A stretch of 64,000 nt of DNA from an uncultured Actinomycetota bacterium (GTDB taxonomy: Bacteria > Actinomycetota > Actinomycetes > JAFAQI01). Both the position numbers and the translations under genes were made by a program. The stretch spans positions 71,506 through 135,505 of the forward strand of contig CAWIFV010000004.1 of the NCBI GenBank assembly GCA_963835405.1, read 5' to 3'. Shown one piece after another: positions 43,401-55,800 of this stretch (position 1 is its first letter; each line of letters begins with the position of its first letter). The notes below the pieces were generated by a model. It did no database searches, had not been told where the DNA came from, and saw only the letters and a list, made by a program, of their open reading frames with translations.

Positions 43401-45108
43401 CAGGAAGACGCCGAACAGGCCGCGGTCGGGGATCGTGCCCCCGCTGGTGACGGCCAGGCGCTGGGCGCCGGGGCGGCCGGTCAGCGTGCCGGTGACGCGG
43501 TCCCAGACGATGCGTGGGCGCAGCTCGGCGAACTCGTCGCTGGGGTAGCGGCCGGCGAGCATGTCGAGCACCGCGTGCAGCGCGCTGTCCGGGAGCCCGG
43601 AGAACGACGCGGTACGACGGACGAGCGCGGCCAGGTCGTCGACCGTCCACGCGTCCATGGCGACCATCGAGACGACATGCTGGGCGAGGACGTCGAGCGG
43701 GTTGCGCGGCAGCCGCAGGGCCTCGATCGCGCCGTCCTGCATCCGCTGCGCGACGACGGCGGCGGGGACGAGGTCGCCGCGGTGCTTCGGGAACATCACG
43801 CCCCGGCTGACCGCGCCGACCTGGTGGCCGGCCCGGCCGATGCGCTGCAGGCCGCTCGCGACCGAGGGCGGTGACTCGACCTGGATGACGAGGTCGACGG
43901 CGCCCATGTCGATGCCGAGCTCGAGGCTGCTGGTGGCCACCACGCACGGCAGGTCGCCACGCTTGAGCGCCTCCTCGGTGAGCGCGCGCTGCTCGCGGCT
44001 GACGCTGCCGTGGTGTGCCCGCGCGATCCCCGCGCCCTCGCCCGGGACGGCATCGCCCTCGCCCCAGCTCGGCGCGCCCCGGGTGGTGCCGCCCTGCGCG
44101 AGTAGTCGGCCGGGAACGGCTTGTCGTCGGGGAGGGCTCGCCCCGTACCTGCGCTCATAGGCGATCTCGTTGAGCCGGTTGGTGAGCCGCTCGGCGAGCC
44201 GCCGTGAGTTGGCGAACACGATCGTCGAGCGGTGCTGCTCGACGAGGTCGACGATGCGCTCCTCGACCGCGGGCCAGATGCTCTTGCGGCTGTCTCCGGC
44301 CGCCGCCGACCCCTCCCGCTCGTCGGCGGCCACCTCGCCGAGCTCGGTCATGTCCTCGACCGGCACGACCACGTCGACGTCGATGGTCTTCTCCGCCGGC
44401 GGCTGCACGACGGTGACGGTGCTGCCCCCGCCGGGGCCCTGTCCTTTCAAGAACCGTGCGACCTCGTCGACGGGCCGGACGGTGGCGGACAGGCCGATGC
44501 GCTGCGCGGGGGCGTCGAGCAGGCCGTCGAGTCGCTCCAGGGACAGCGCCAGGTGGGCGCCGCGCTTGGTGCCGGCGACGGCGTGGACCTCGTCGACGAT
44601 GACCGTGTCGACGCCGCGCAGCGCCTCGCGGGCCCGGCTGGTGAGCAGGAGGAACAGCGACTCCGGCGTCGTGATGAGGATGTCCGGCGGGCGGCGGGTG
44701 AACGCGCGGCGCTCGTCGGCCGGGGTGTCACCGGTGCGCATCGCGACCGTCACGTCCGACACCGGCAGGTCGAGGCGGGCGGCGGCGTGGCGGATGCCCG
44801 CGAGGGGCGAGCGCAGGTTGCGCTCCACGTCGACCGCGAGCGCCTTGAGCGGGGAGACGTAGAGGACCCGGCAGCGGCGGTCGGCGTCGTCCGGCCGGAC
44901 AGTCGTGAGGAGCCGGTCGAGAGCGTGCAGGAACGCGGCGAGGGTCTTGCCGGACCCGGTCGGGGCGATGACGAGCGCGTGCTCGCCGCCCGCGATCGCC
45001 CGCCACGCGCCGTCCTGAGCCGCGGTCGGGGCGGCGAAGGACGCGGCGAACCACTCCCGGGTCGGCGGCGAGAAGCGGTCGAGCCCCGACCCCGGCCTTG
45101 TCCCTCAC
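40402..45108 (-). pseudogene. lhr: Lhr-type large ATP-dependent DEAD/DEAH-box helicase (~1570 codons), 10 or more frameshifts as sequenced
   Basis: FSPPTREWF, Walker A APTGSGKT, DEVH, HHGSVSREQR and the Lhr C-terminal region. The final ATDPANPYGAALPWP ... LYVERGGKSLLSW lies in ORF 40402..40764(-). Fragments lie in ORFs 38919..44828, 42518..43384, 40972..42552 and 40190..41437 (all -). Confidence 0.8.
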
Positions 45109-45114
45109 CCCGCC

Positions 45115-45120
45115 ATTGTC
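45115..45120 (-). promoter_or_regulatory. Putative -10 hexamer GACAAT for leaderless lhr
   Basis: On the minus strand: GACAAT, then 6 nt, then the GTG at 45108. Confidence 0.25.
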
Positions 45121-45147
45121 GCCCCGCGGTACGACGGTGCGCCGTCG

Positions 45148-45153
45148 TAGCCT
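45148..45153 (+). promoter_or_regulatory. Putative -10 hexamer TAGCCT for the leaderless DUF3046 gene
   Basis: TAGCCT, then 7 nt, then the GTG at 45161. Confidence 0.35.
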
Positions 45154-45160
45154 CGGGGGT

Positions 45161-45358
45161 GTGCGGCTGACCGAGTTCTGGGAGCGGATGCAGACCCGTT
45201 TCGGCGCGGCGTACGCGGACTCCGTCGCCCGTGACCAGGTCATCGGCCGGCTGGGCAACCGCACCGTCCACGAGGCGCTCGCCCAGGGGGAGTCGGCGAA
45301 GGACGTCTGGCGTGCGGTCTGCGAGCACTTCGAGATCCCGATGGCGGAGCGGCACTGA
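45161..45358 (+). CDS. DUF3046 family protein (conserved recA-upstream gene)
   Basis: VRLTEFWERMQTRFGAAYADSVARDQVIGRLGNRTVHEAL; position immediately upstream of recA. Confidence 0.75.
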   Translation: MRLTEFWERMQTRFGAAYADSVARDQVIGRLGNRTVHEALAQGESAKDVWRAVCEHFEIPMAERH

Positions 45359-45392
45359 GTCCGGCGGCACTGAGTCTGGCGGCACTGAGTCC
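45348..45392. repeat. 15-bp tandem repeat x3 (GGCGGCACTGAGTCY), each copy carrying the DUF3046 TGA stop
   Basis: AGCGGCACTGAGTCC, GGCGGCACTGAGTCT, GGCGGCACTGAGTCC. Confidence 0.9.
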
Positions 45393-45395
45393 GGC

Positions 45396-45641
45396 GGGCC
45401 CCGCGACAAGCGGCGAAGCCGCCGATGGCAGGGGAGCGGGGTTGGGGCCCCGCGACAAGCGGCGAAGCCGCCTAGTAGCTACGCCGGTCGGCCGGAGCGG
45501 GGTTGGGGCCCCGCGACAAGCGGCGAAGCCGCCGGTCAGGTTCCGCGGCAGGGGAGCGGGGTTGGGGCCCCGCGACAAGCGGCGAAGCCGCCGATGGCAG
45601 GGGAGCGGGGTTGGGGCCCCGCGACAAGCGGCGAAGCCGCC
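45396..45641. repeat. REP-like intergenic repeat cluster: four full and one partial copy of a 40-bp unit with two hairpins
   Basis: GGAGCGGGGTTGGGGCCCCGCGACAAGCGGCGAAGCCGCC occurs at 45433, 45494, 45553 and 45602 (identical copies), with a partial copy at 45396. Spacers are 9, 21, 19 and 9 nt. The stems are GCGGGG/CCCCGC and GCGGC-GAA-GCCGC. Confidence 0.9.
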
Positions 45642-45666
45642 ATATGACTCGGCGTGTCGGCTTGTC

Positions 45667-45682
45667 TCGAACACATGTTCGC
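45667..45682. promoter_or_regulatory. LexA SOS box upstream of recA
   Basis: TCGAACACATGTTCGC matches the actinobacterial consensus TCGAAC-N4-GTTCGA at 15 of 16 positions. It lies 127 bp upstream of the recA ATG. Confidence 0.75.
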
Positions 45683-45808
45683 CTAGGGTTGACGAAGCGC
45701 GGGCCTCCACAGACCACGGGCATTCCACAGATCCCGGCAGCGACCGGAAACTGTCGGACCTGCCTCCTAGCGTCGCCCGCGTCCGATCCGGAACCGAAGG
45801 GTGCATCC

Positions 45809-48011
<2,203 letters not shown>

Positions 48012-48012
<1 letters not shown>

Positions 48013-48629
48013 TGCCCGCCGACGGGTCCGACACCGACGTCGCCACGGTGACGCCGGTGTCGGACCCGTCGGGACGCCGGGCGGCGGCGGACGCCGACCC
48101 CGAGGCCGCCGACCCCGAGACCATTGCGCGGAGCATCGCCCTGCGGATGCTCGAGCGGGCGCCCCGCACCCGGGCCGAGCTCGCTCGCGGCATGGCCCGC
48201 CGCGGCGTCCCCGAGGACGTCGCGGCGGGCGTGCTCGACCGGTTCACCGAGGTGGGCCTTATCGACGACGAGGCGTTCGCCGCCGCCTGGGTGAGCAGCC
48301 GGCACGCCGGGCGCGGCCTGGGCCGCCGGGCGCTGTCCGCCGAGCTGCGCCGCCGAGGCGTCGACACCGAGACGGCCGCGGCGGCGCTCGCCGGCGTCAG
48401 CGCCGACGACGAGGAGGCGGCCGCCCGCGCCCTCGTCGAGCGCAAGCTCCGGTCGATGGCCGGCGTGGCGCCCGAGGCCCGGCTGCGCCGGCTCGTCGGC
48501 ATGCTCGCCCGCAAGGGGTTCGGGCCCGGCATGGCGAGCCGGGTCGTCCGCGACGCACTCGCCGCCGCCGGCCGGGACCCGGCCGACGGGGCGGACCCGG
48601 CCCGGGGACCCGGCCTGACGCGCCGATGA
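48012..48629 (+). CDS. recX: Recombination regulator RecX
   Basis: The ATG overlaps the recA stop (TGATG). It has a repeated helical RecX-type sequence (ARSIALRMLERAPRTRAELARGMARRGVPEDVAAGVLDRF). Confidence 0.85.
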
Positions 48630-48940
48630 CCCGCCGCGCCACGCGAGAGTTCCCGTGGTGGTTGCGGTCGGGAGAACCGGCGCTTAACCTCAAAGCCACG
48701 AAGGAGTAACCGTCCGTGGCGCAAGCTGCGTGACGCTGCTGACATAGAACGATCCATAACCGGACAGATCACCCCGGGTCCACGGACCCGGCCGAGAAAG
48801 CGAACGAATGCGTCGACACCGCCTCCGGGTGGCGTCGGCGGTGACACGGGACGCGGCGGTGGACGCGTCACCGGCGGTTTCTCCCTTCGTGGCCGCGTGC
48901 CCGGCGCTGCCGGCGCGCCCGAGCGGGAGGAGGTGCGACC

Positions 48941-50663
48941 ATGGCAGCTCTCATCGCCATCGGGGTCGTCGTCGGCCTGCTCGTGATCGCTCTCGTCGTG
49001 ATGCTGCTGCGGGTCATGTCCCGCCTGAACGCTTCCTCCGCCTCGCCCGCCGACCGCTCCTGCCGAGCCCACGCCCGACGTCCAGCGCCAGGCCGCACAG
49101 ATGCGCCGGGACGCCGAGACCCACGCCGCCGAGGTGCGCCGGCAGGCCGGCGAGGACGCGGCCGACCTGCGCCGCCAGGCCGGCGAGGACGCGGCCGACG
49201 CTGCGCCGCCGGGCCGAGCAGGAGGCGGCAGAGCTGCGCCACCAGGCCGAGCAGGCCGTGAACGCCGCCACCCTGGAGGCGCCGCCGGGCCGCCGAGGAG
49301 GAGGTCCACGTCCTCAAGGAGGAGGCGCGCTCCCTCAAAGACGAGATCCACGAGCTCAAGGCCGACCTGGAACGCCGCGAGCAGCGGATCGTCGAGCGGG
49401 AGGAGCGGATCGACGCCGAGCAGCGCCGGGTCGAGGCGCGCGACCGCGAGCTCGCCGAGCACGAGCAGGCGCTCGAGCGCCGCGCTCGAGGAGCTGGCCG
49501 ACATCGAGGGCGACCGGCGGCGCGAGCTCGAGCGCGTCGCCGGGCTCACCGCCGCCGACGCGAAGGGCGAGCTGGTCCAGACGATCGAGACCCAGGCCAA
49601 GCGCGAGGCGGCGATCATCGTCCGCGACATCGAGCACGAGGCCAAGGACGAGGGCGAGACCCGGGCCCGCAAGATCGTCACCCTCGCGATCCAGCGGGTG
49701 GCGACCGAGCAGACCGCCGAGTCGGTCGTCACCGTCCTGCACCTGCCCAGCGACGACATGAAGGGCCGGATCATCGGCCGGGAGGGCCGCAACATCCGCG
49801 CCTTCGAGGCGACCACCGGCGTCAACCTGATCATCGACGACACCCCCGAGGCGGTGCTGCTGTCCTGCTTCGACCCGGTACGCCGGGAGGTCGGGCGGCT
49901 CACCCTCGAGCAAGCTCGTCCTCGACGGGCGGATCCACCCGCACCGGATCGAGGAGGTCTACGAGCGCAGCAAGGCCGAGGTCGAGCAGCTCTGCGTCCG
50001 GGCCGGCGAGGACGCCCTCGTCGAGGTCGGTCTCACCGAGATGCACCCCGAGCTCATCGCCCTGCTCGGCCAGCTGCGCTACCGCACGTCGTACGGCCAG
50101 AACGTGCTCAAGCACCTCATCGAGTCGGCGCACATCGCCGGGATGATGGCGAGCGAGCTGCGGCTCGACCCGGTGCTGCATCAAGCGCTGCACGGTCCTG
50201 CACGACGTCGGCAAGGCGCTCACCCACGAGGTCGAGGGCAGCCACGCGATCATCGGCGCGGAGATCGCCCGCAAGTACGGCGAGCACGAGGACGTCGTCC
50301 ACGCGATCGAGGCGCACCACAACGAGGTCGAGGTGCGCACCGTCGAGGCGGTGCTCACGCAGGCCGCCGACGGCATCAGCGGCGGCCGGCCGGGAGCCCG
50401 GCGGGAGAGCCTCGAGCACTACGTCAAGCGGCTCGAGCGGATCGAGGAGATCGCCGCGCGACAAGCTCGGCGTCGAGAAGGTCTTCGCCATGCAGGCGGG
50501 CCGGGAGATCCGGGTCATGGTCAAGCCCGACGACGTCGACGACATCGGCGCCCAGGTGATCGCCCGCGACATCGCCAAGCAGATCGAGGAGGAGCTGACC
50601 TACCCCGGCCAGATCCGCATCACCGTGGTGCGCGAGTCCCGCGCGACGGAGTACGCGAAGTAG
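48941..50663 (+). pseudogene. rny: Ribonuclease Y, about 7 frameshifts as sequenced
   Basis: N-terminal TM segment MAALIAIGVVVGLLVIALVVMLL, a coiled-coil region, KH GRIIGREGRNIRAFE, an HD domain (SYGQNVLKHLIESAHIAG, LHDVGKA, IEAHH), and the tail [18 protein letters not shown]. Confidence 0.85.
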
Positions 50664-50665
50664 GT

Positions 50666-50707
50666 CGATTGCGCGCTATCCGCCCTAGAGGCCGGAGAAC
50701 GCGCAAT
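50666..50707 (+). terminator. Hairpin 3' of rny (9-bp stem, 24-nt loop)
   Basis: GATTGCGCG ... CGCGCAATC. There is no U tract and the loop is large, so support is weak. Confidence 0.25.
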
Positions 50708-50821
50708 CAGTCGGCGGCACGCGCCTGGTCGAGGTCGCGCCCGACCTGGCTGTCCCCGGCAGGAAGATCGCTGGCGAAGGCGAAGACAGACGGTGACATC
50801 TACCTACGGGGGAGACTCACC

Positions 50822-53800
50822 GTGCTGTTCTTCCGTCGTCGGCCGGGCGCGCCGCGGCTGACCGCCGCCATCGCCGCCGGCCTCGTCGCCGTCACCGGCG
50901 GTTCCGCCGTCGCGCTCGAGCGCGCCACCGACCCGGCCGCGCAGGCCGCGGCGTCGACGGCGCTCGCGCCCATCGGCGACTTCGTCCCGCCGCAGTCCGC
51001 CGCGCTCATCCAGCTGCTGCGGCAGCCGGACGGTACGACGTTCCGTGCCCACCTCACGCCCGCGAGCCAGGGTGGTCTGTTCGAGACCGTCCAGGGCTTC
51101 AGCGTGGCGCGCGACCGGTCGGGCATCTGGCGCTACGTCACCGGCCGCCACGCGACGGGGCGGCTCCGGCTCTCCGACGTCGCGGTGAGCGCCGGCCCGG
51201 CGCCTGCGGGCCTGCAGCCGCACGCGGGCCGCGCGGCCACGGCGGTCGACCCCGAGGCGGCTGCGATCCGGGCGAGTATCCAGCGCCAGCTCCAGATCGC
51301 GTCGTTCAAGGCGCAGCGGGCGGCGACGCAGGGCCACGAGCCGCGGGTCTTCCACGTGCCGGCGTTCCTGCTCGCCACCTGGTGGGACGCCGACGCCGGC
51401 CAGACCGGGCCGCAGTTCCAGAAGGGCCACGAGGCGACGTACTTCAAGAAGATCCTCGACGGCTTCGGCGGCAACCCGCGCGGCAGCGTCACGCAGTTCT
51501 ACTACGAGGCGTCCTTCGGCCAGTTCATCGTCAAGGTCGACGTCTTCGGTCCCTACACCTCCAACCGCTCCCGCCAGGACCGCTGCTACTACGGCGGCAT
51601 CGGCGGCGGCAGCGACGACGGCGACCTCGACGTCTTCGACGAGGAGCTCGGGGTCGGGCGGCGGCGGCGCCCTCGGCATGGCGCTCGAGCTGATGCCGCA
51701 GGCCAACGCCGACCCGTCGGTCGACTGGGCCAAGTACGACAACGACGGCGACGGCCGGGTCGACTTCACGATGATCATCCACTCCGGCGGCGACATGGCC
51801 GCCACCGGCAACCCGTGCTTCACGTGGTCGCACGCCATCTGCAGGCGACCCTCGGTGAGGGCGAGTCGGCGGAGAACGCGTTCGGCCTGCCGCACGGCAC
51901 GCTCGCGCACTCCGGCATCCCGACGAACAGCCCCGGCGTCTTCGTCGACCGCGTCCTGACGATCCCCGAGTTCGCCTCCGCGACCGATCCGCTGACCATC
52001 GGTGTCGCGAGCCACGAGATGATGCACCCGCTCGGCGAGCCCGACTACTACGACACGTCGTACAACTCCGTCGGCACCGGCGACTTCGACATCATGAGCG
52101 GTGGGTCCTACCTCGGCAACCCGGCCGGGTCCAACCCGGCGATGATGAACCCCGCCACGCCGCGTCTTCCAGGGCTGGCTGACGCCGAAGATCGTGCACA
52201 AGGACCTGCGCCGACTACACGATCAAGCCGCGCACCGTCTACCCGACCGGCAACTACTACGCCGGTGTCCCGGACACCAACCTGCTCCTCGTGCCGACGT
52301 ACGAGATCAAGGAGGGGGAGACCGACGAAGCTCGGGCACACCTGGGGCGCGGACGACGTCTACGGCCTGGCCAAGGACAAGAAGACGGGCAAGTACGTCG
52401 TCGAGGGCTTCTACGTCGAGAACATCAGCCGCGAGGTCGCGGCCGACCCCATCAAGAAGACCGACTCGCGAGGCGCGATGTTCGACCGCAAGCAGCACGG
52501 CTCGGGCCTGGTCGTCTGGCACTTCGACTACTGGCGGCAGTCGACGACGTACTTCGCGCACGGCAACGACGCGCAGAACGACCCGAACCGCTACCAGATG
52601 GACCTCGAGGAGTTCGACCAGAACGACAACACGCAGGAGCTGCAGCTCAACTACGGCCGTGGCAACGCGTCGGACTACCTGGTCGGTGCGGCGACGGGCA
52701 TCACCTCGGGCACGCGGCAGCTGCCGCCGCACACGCCGGTCTCCACGGGCAAGCCGCAGGGTCCGGCCGACATCAGCGGTACGACGCCGCCGACCGGCGA
52801 GACGTCGACCGAGTTCACCGTCGACGACAACCCGAACAACTACACGATGACCGTGACCGTCGCCAGCGACAACGGCGGCGACTGCAAGCTGTCGCTCACC
52901 GACCCGGACGGCACCACCGGCTCGGAGGTCGACAGCACCGGTCCGGGCGAGTCGGAGTCGCTCACGGTGAAACAGCCGAAGGCCGGCACCTGGAAGGCCA
53001 ACGTCAGCGACTTCGCCGGCTGCGGGCAGTGGTCCGGCCGGGTGATGTTCACCGGCCCGGGCGGGTTCATCACCTCCGGCGCCGCGGACACGTGGTCGAA
53101 CTGGTCGGAGAAGCCGACCGGCTGGGCGTTCACCAACGTCTCCGGCGGCGGCAACGGGCTCGACGTGCGCAACGAGTCCGGTGGCAGCGAGAACATCACT
53201 CTCGACGTCGTCAACCTCGCGAAGAAGCGCGACGTCTCGCCGGGCTTCGTGTCGGGGGCGCTGAACTCCGACGGCGGCACCGGGCGGCTCACTGCCGGGG
53301 TCCGCAACCACATGGTCGTCCCGGTGTTCTCCAACGGCAGCCGCAAGGTCGGCCGGGTCCGCGTCGTCGTCCACGAGGGCAGCGCCCACGGCGCCGTCGT
53401 GGCGGCCCGGACGGTCCGGCTGCACGGTTACCAGCGCAAGGACGTGCGCTTCGACTACCGGCCGCGACACGAGGGGCCGATCCGGCTCGTCACCGTCGTT
53501 GACCCGGCCGACCATATCGTCGAGGCCGAGGAGCGCAACCAGGTGCAGTCGACCAGCCTCTGGGTCGGCCCGCGCAAGCCGAAGGTGCTGATCGTCGACG
53601 ACGACGAGACGCTGGCGCACGAGCGCGCCATCGCGGGCGCCCTCGCCTCGCTCGGCGTCCCGTACGCGATCGCCGCGACCCACCCGAGCGCGAAGCTGAT
53701 GAGCAAGTACCGCGCGGTCATCTGGGAGGCGTCGGTCGACCGCTACGAGGGTCAGCTCAACGCCGCGGACCGGACGCAGTTGCGCCGCTACCTCAACGGC

Positions 53801-54685
53801 GGCGGCAAGCTCCTCATCAGCAGCAACCGCGTGCTGGATGCCGTCGGCACCGGCCAGTCCCGCACGACGCCGCAGTCGACCGAGGAAGGCGTGAAGTTCG
53901 CCGCGCACTACCTGGGCGAGCGCCAACCGGCCGGCAACGGGACCTACGTCGTGACGCAGGAGAGCCGGTCCACGGTCACCGGTCACGGGCTCCTCGCCGG
54001 CTACAAGCTGCGCATCGCCCCGGCCGCCGCTCGCCCGTTCGTCGGCATCGCCGGGCTGGCCCAGGCCGGCGACGGCGGCCTCGGTACGACGATCAAGCCG
54101 TACGGGACGGCGACCGGCGTCGGCACGCTCGACAAGGCGTCGCTCGCCGCGGTCGTGCCGGAAAAGGACACGCCGTACATCGGGGTTGCGGTCGACGGTG
54201 ACGCCAAGCACAACTACTTCCGGACCGTCACCTTGGGCTGGAACCTCGGTGACGACGTCAACGCCGCCGACACCGTGGGCGTGCTGCGCTCGGTCCTCAA
54301 GCACTTCGGGGTGCCGCAGCACGTCTACCGCGTGCACAGCGCACAGCCGCTGGTCTTCCACTCGCCGGTTCGCGACCAGATGTCGGGTCGGGTGACGCCG
54401 ATCACCGCGGTCGTGCTCGGCGGTGGCAAGCACGCGGTCCGGCTTTACTACCGCCGGCACGGTCAGGGCGCGTTCTACTCGGTGCGTATGCGCCACAGCG
54501 GTGAGCGGGGCACCTACCTTGCCCGGATCCCCGGCCGAGCGGTGACCCCGGACGGCGTGGACTACTACATCAAGGCGGGTGGCCGGCTCGACCCGATCCG
54601 GGCGGGCGGCCGGCTCTACCACGGCATCGGTGTCTCGATGCCGGAGCTGGCCCGGCCGATGCCGGTCCTCCCGCACGGCGCCTGA
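50822..54685 (+). pseudogene. Large secreted M6-type (immune inhibitor A-like) metalloprotease, ~1287 codons; five internal indels whose net effect restores the frame
   Basis: SD GGGGGAG precedes the GTG at 50822. Signal-like [24 protein letters not shown] as [17 protein letters not shown], and WSHA(I)W. Segments about 51655-51841 and 52160-52327 read correctly only in other frames (ORFs 51678.., 52194.., 52291..). Confidence 0.65.
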
Positions 54686-54723
54686 GGGCGCTGGGCCGCC
54701 CCCACCGGCCCGCCCCCCCCCCG

Positions 54724-54825
54724 GCCCGCCCCCACCGGTGAATCACTGCTGGGCTATGGCAACAGTGGTGATTCATCCGTGGGGGTTGGGGCCCCAGCGG
54801 TGGTTCACCGGTGGGTGAGCCCGGG
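54724..54825. repeat. First unit of the 97-bp composite repeat array (left of the IS nest)
   Basis: CCCACCGGTGAATCACTGCTGGG (inverted submotif), CTATGGCAACAGTGGTGATTCATCCGTGGG, GGTTGGGGC, then CCCAGCGGTGGTTCACCGGTGGG-TGA. Confidence 0.85.
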
Positions 54826-54949
54826 AGTTGCGTCCACGGTCGTGGTGTACGGCGGGCCCGCTGATCAGCGTGGCGTCGTGATGTGAGGCAGCCACCGCGT
54901 GATCCTCAACGAGAACTGTCGAAGGAACTCGAGCGAGGAGAAGCACGCG

Positions 54950-55736
54950 ATGGCTGCAGCACCCAGTATTGACCTGTCTGGCTGGTTGTCGGAGCACTTG
55001 GAGCAGGCGAGCCCGGATCTGTTGCGGGCGATGTTGCGTACGTTCGTCGACGCGTTGATGGGCGCGGAGGCGGACGCGGTCTGCGGCGCGCCGTATGGCG
55101 AGCGCAGCGAGGAGCGGACGAACAGTCGTAACGGCTATCGGCGGCGGGCGTGGGACACCCGGGCGGGCACGATCGAGGTTCAGATCCCGAAGCTGCGCAC
55201 CGGGTCCTACTTCCCGGACTGGCTGTTGGAGCGGCGCCGCCGCGCGGAGGCGGCGCTGGTCACCGTGGTGGCGACCAGCTACCTGCTCGGAGTCTCGACG
55301 CGGCGGATGGAGCGGCTGGTCGCCACGCTCGGGATCGACCGGTTGTCCAAGAGTCAGGTCAGTGAGATGGCCAAGGAGCTCGACGCCCAGGTGGCGGCGT
55401 TCCGGTCCCGTCCGCTGGATGCCGGTCCCTACACGTTCGTCGCCGCTGACGCGCTCGTGCTCAAGGTGCGTGAGGGTGGGCGGACGGTGAAGGTGCACGC
55501 GCTGGTCGCGACCGGTGTCAACGCTGAGGGCTACCGGGAGATCCTCGGCCTGCAAGTCAGCTCCGCCGAGGACGGCGCCGGCTGGCTGGCGTTCCTGCGT
55601 GACCTGGTCGCCCGCGGCCTGTCCGGGGTCAAGCTGGTCACCTCCGACGCCCATCAGGGGCTGGTCGCCGCGATCGGCGCTGCGCTGCCGGGCACGAGCT
55701 GGCAGCGGTGCCGCACCCACCTACGCGGGCGTGTCA
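54950..55736 (+). pseudogene. IS256-family (Mutator-like) transposase of element A, N-terminal 260 codons, truncated by element B
   Basis: MAAAPSIDLSGWLSEHLEQASPDLLRAMLRTFVDALMGAEADAVCGA ... NSRNGYRRRAWDTRAGTIEVQIPKLR ... WQRCRTH. Confidence 0.85.
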
Positions 55737-55800
55737 GATCGTCTGTGTAAGTAGCTGAGGTCCGACTCTGAGGCTGACGCCTCGAGAGGAGACCGGCACG

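Noticed and set aside
38919-44828. A single 1969-aa minus-strand ORF in the track.
   Set aside because: It is a chimera. Only its first roughly 500 residues are a genuine Lhr fragment. The rest is out-of-frame lhr sequence, the lhr-nei spacer, and the antisense or out-of-frame regions of nei and tetR. The real lhr C-terminus is in another frame, ending at 40402.
45396-45641. The regularly spaced identical 40-bp repeats upstream of recA looked at first like a small CRISPR array.
   Set aside because: The spacers are only 9-21 nt, and two of them are identical (GATGGCAGG). There is no leader or cas gene nearby. The repeat is itself two short hairpins, which fits REP-like elements.
49136-49260. 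A 33-bp periodicity in rny (LRRQAGEDAAD repeated) was considered as a possible repeat element.
   Set aside because: It is an 11-residue coiled-coil periodicity inside the RNase Y N-terminal region, which is a normal feature of that protein, although the region is blurred here by frameshifts.
50333-50821. The upstream 163 codons of ORF 50333..54685 would extend the protease over the 3' end of rny.
   Set aside because: That stretch is rny read out of frame plus the spacer. A GTG with SD GGGGGAG at 50822 is followed by a signal-peptide-like segment, which gives a sensible start.
54713-54722. A C10 homopolymer tract was considered as a possible phase-variation switch.
   Set aside because: It lies downstream of the protease stop and upstream of no gene (the next gene is convergent), so length changes would not switch any ORF. 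In an indel-prone assembly its length is also unreliable.
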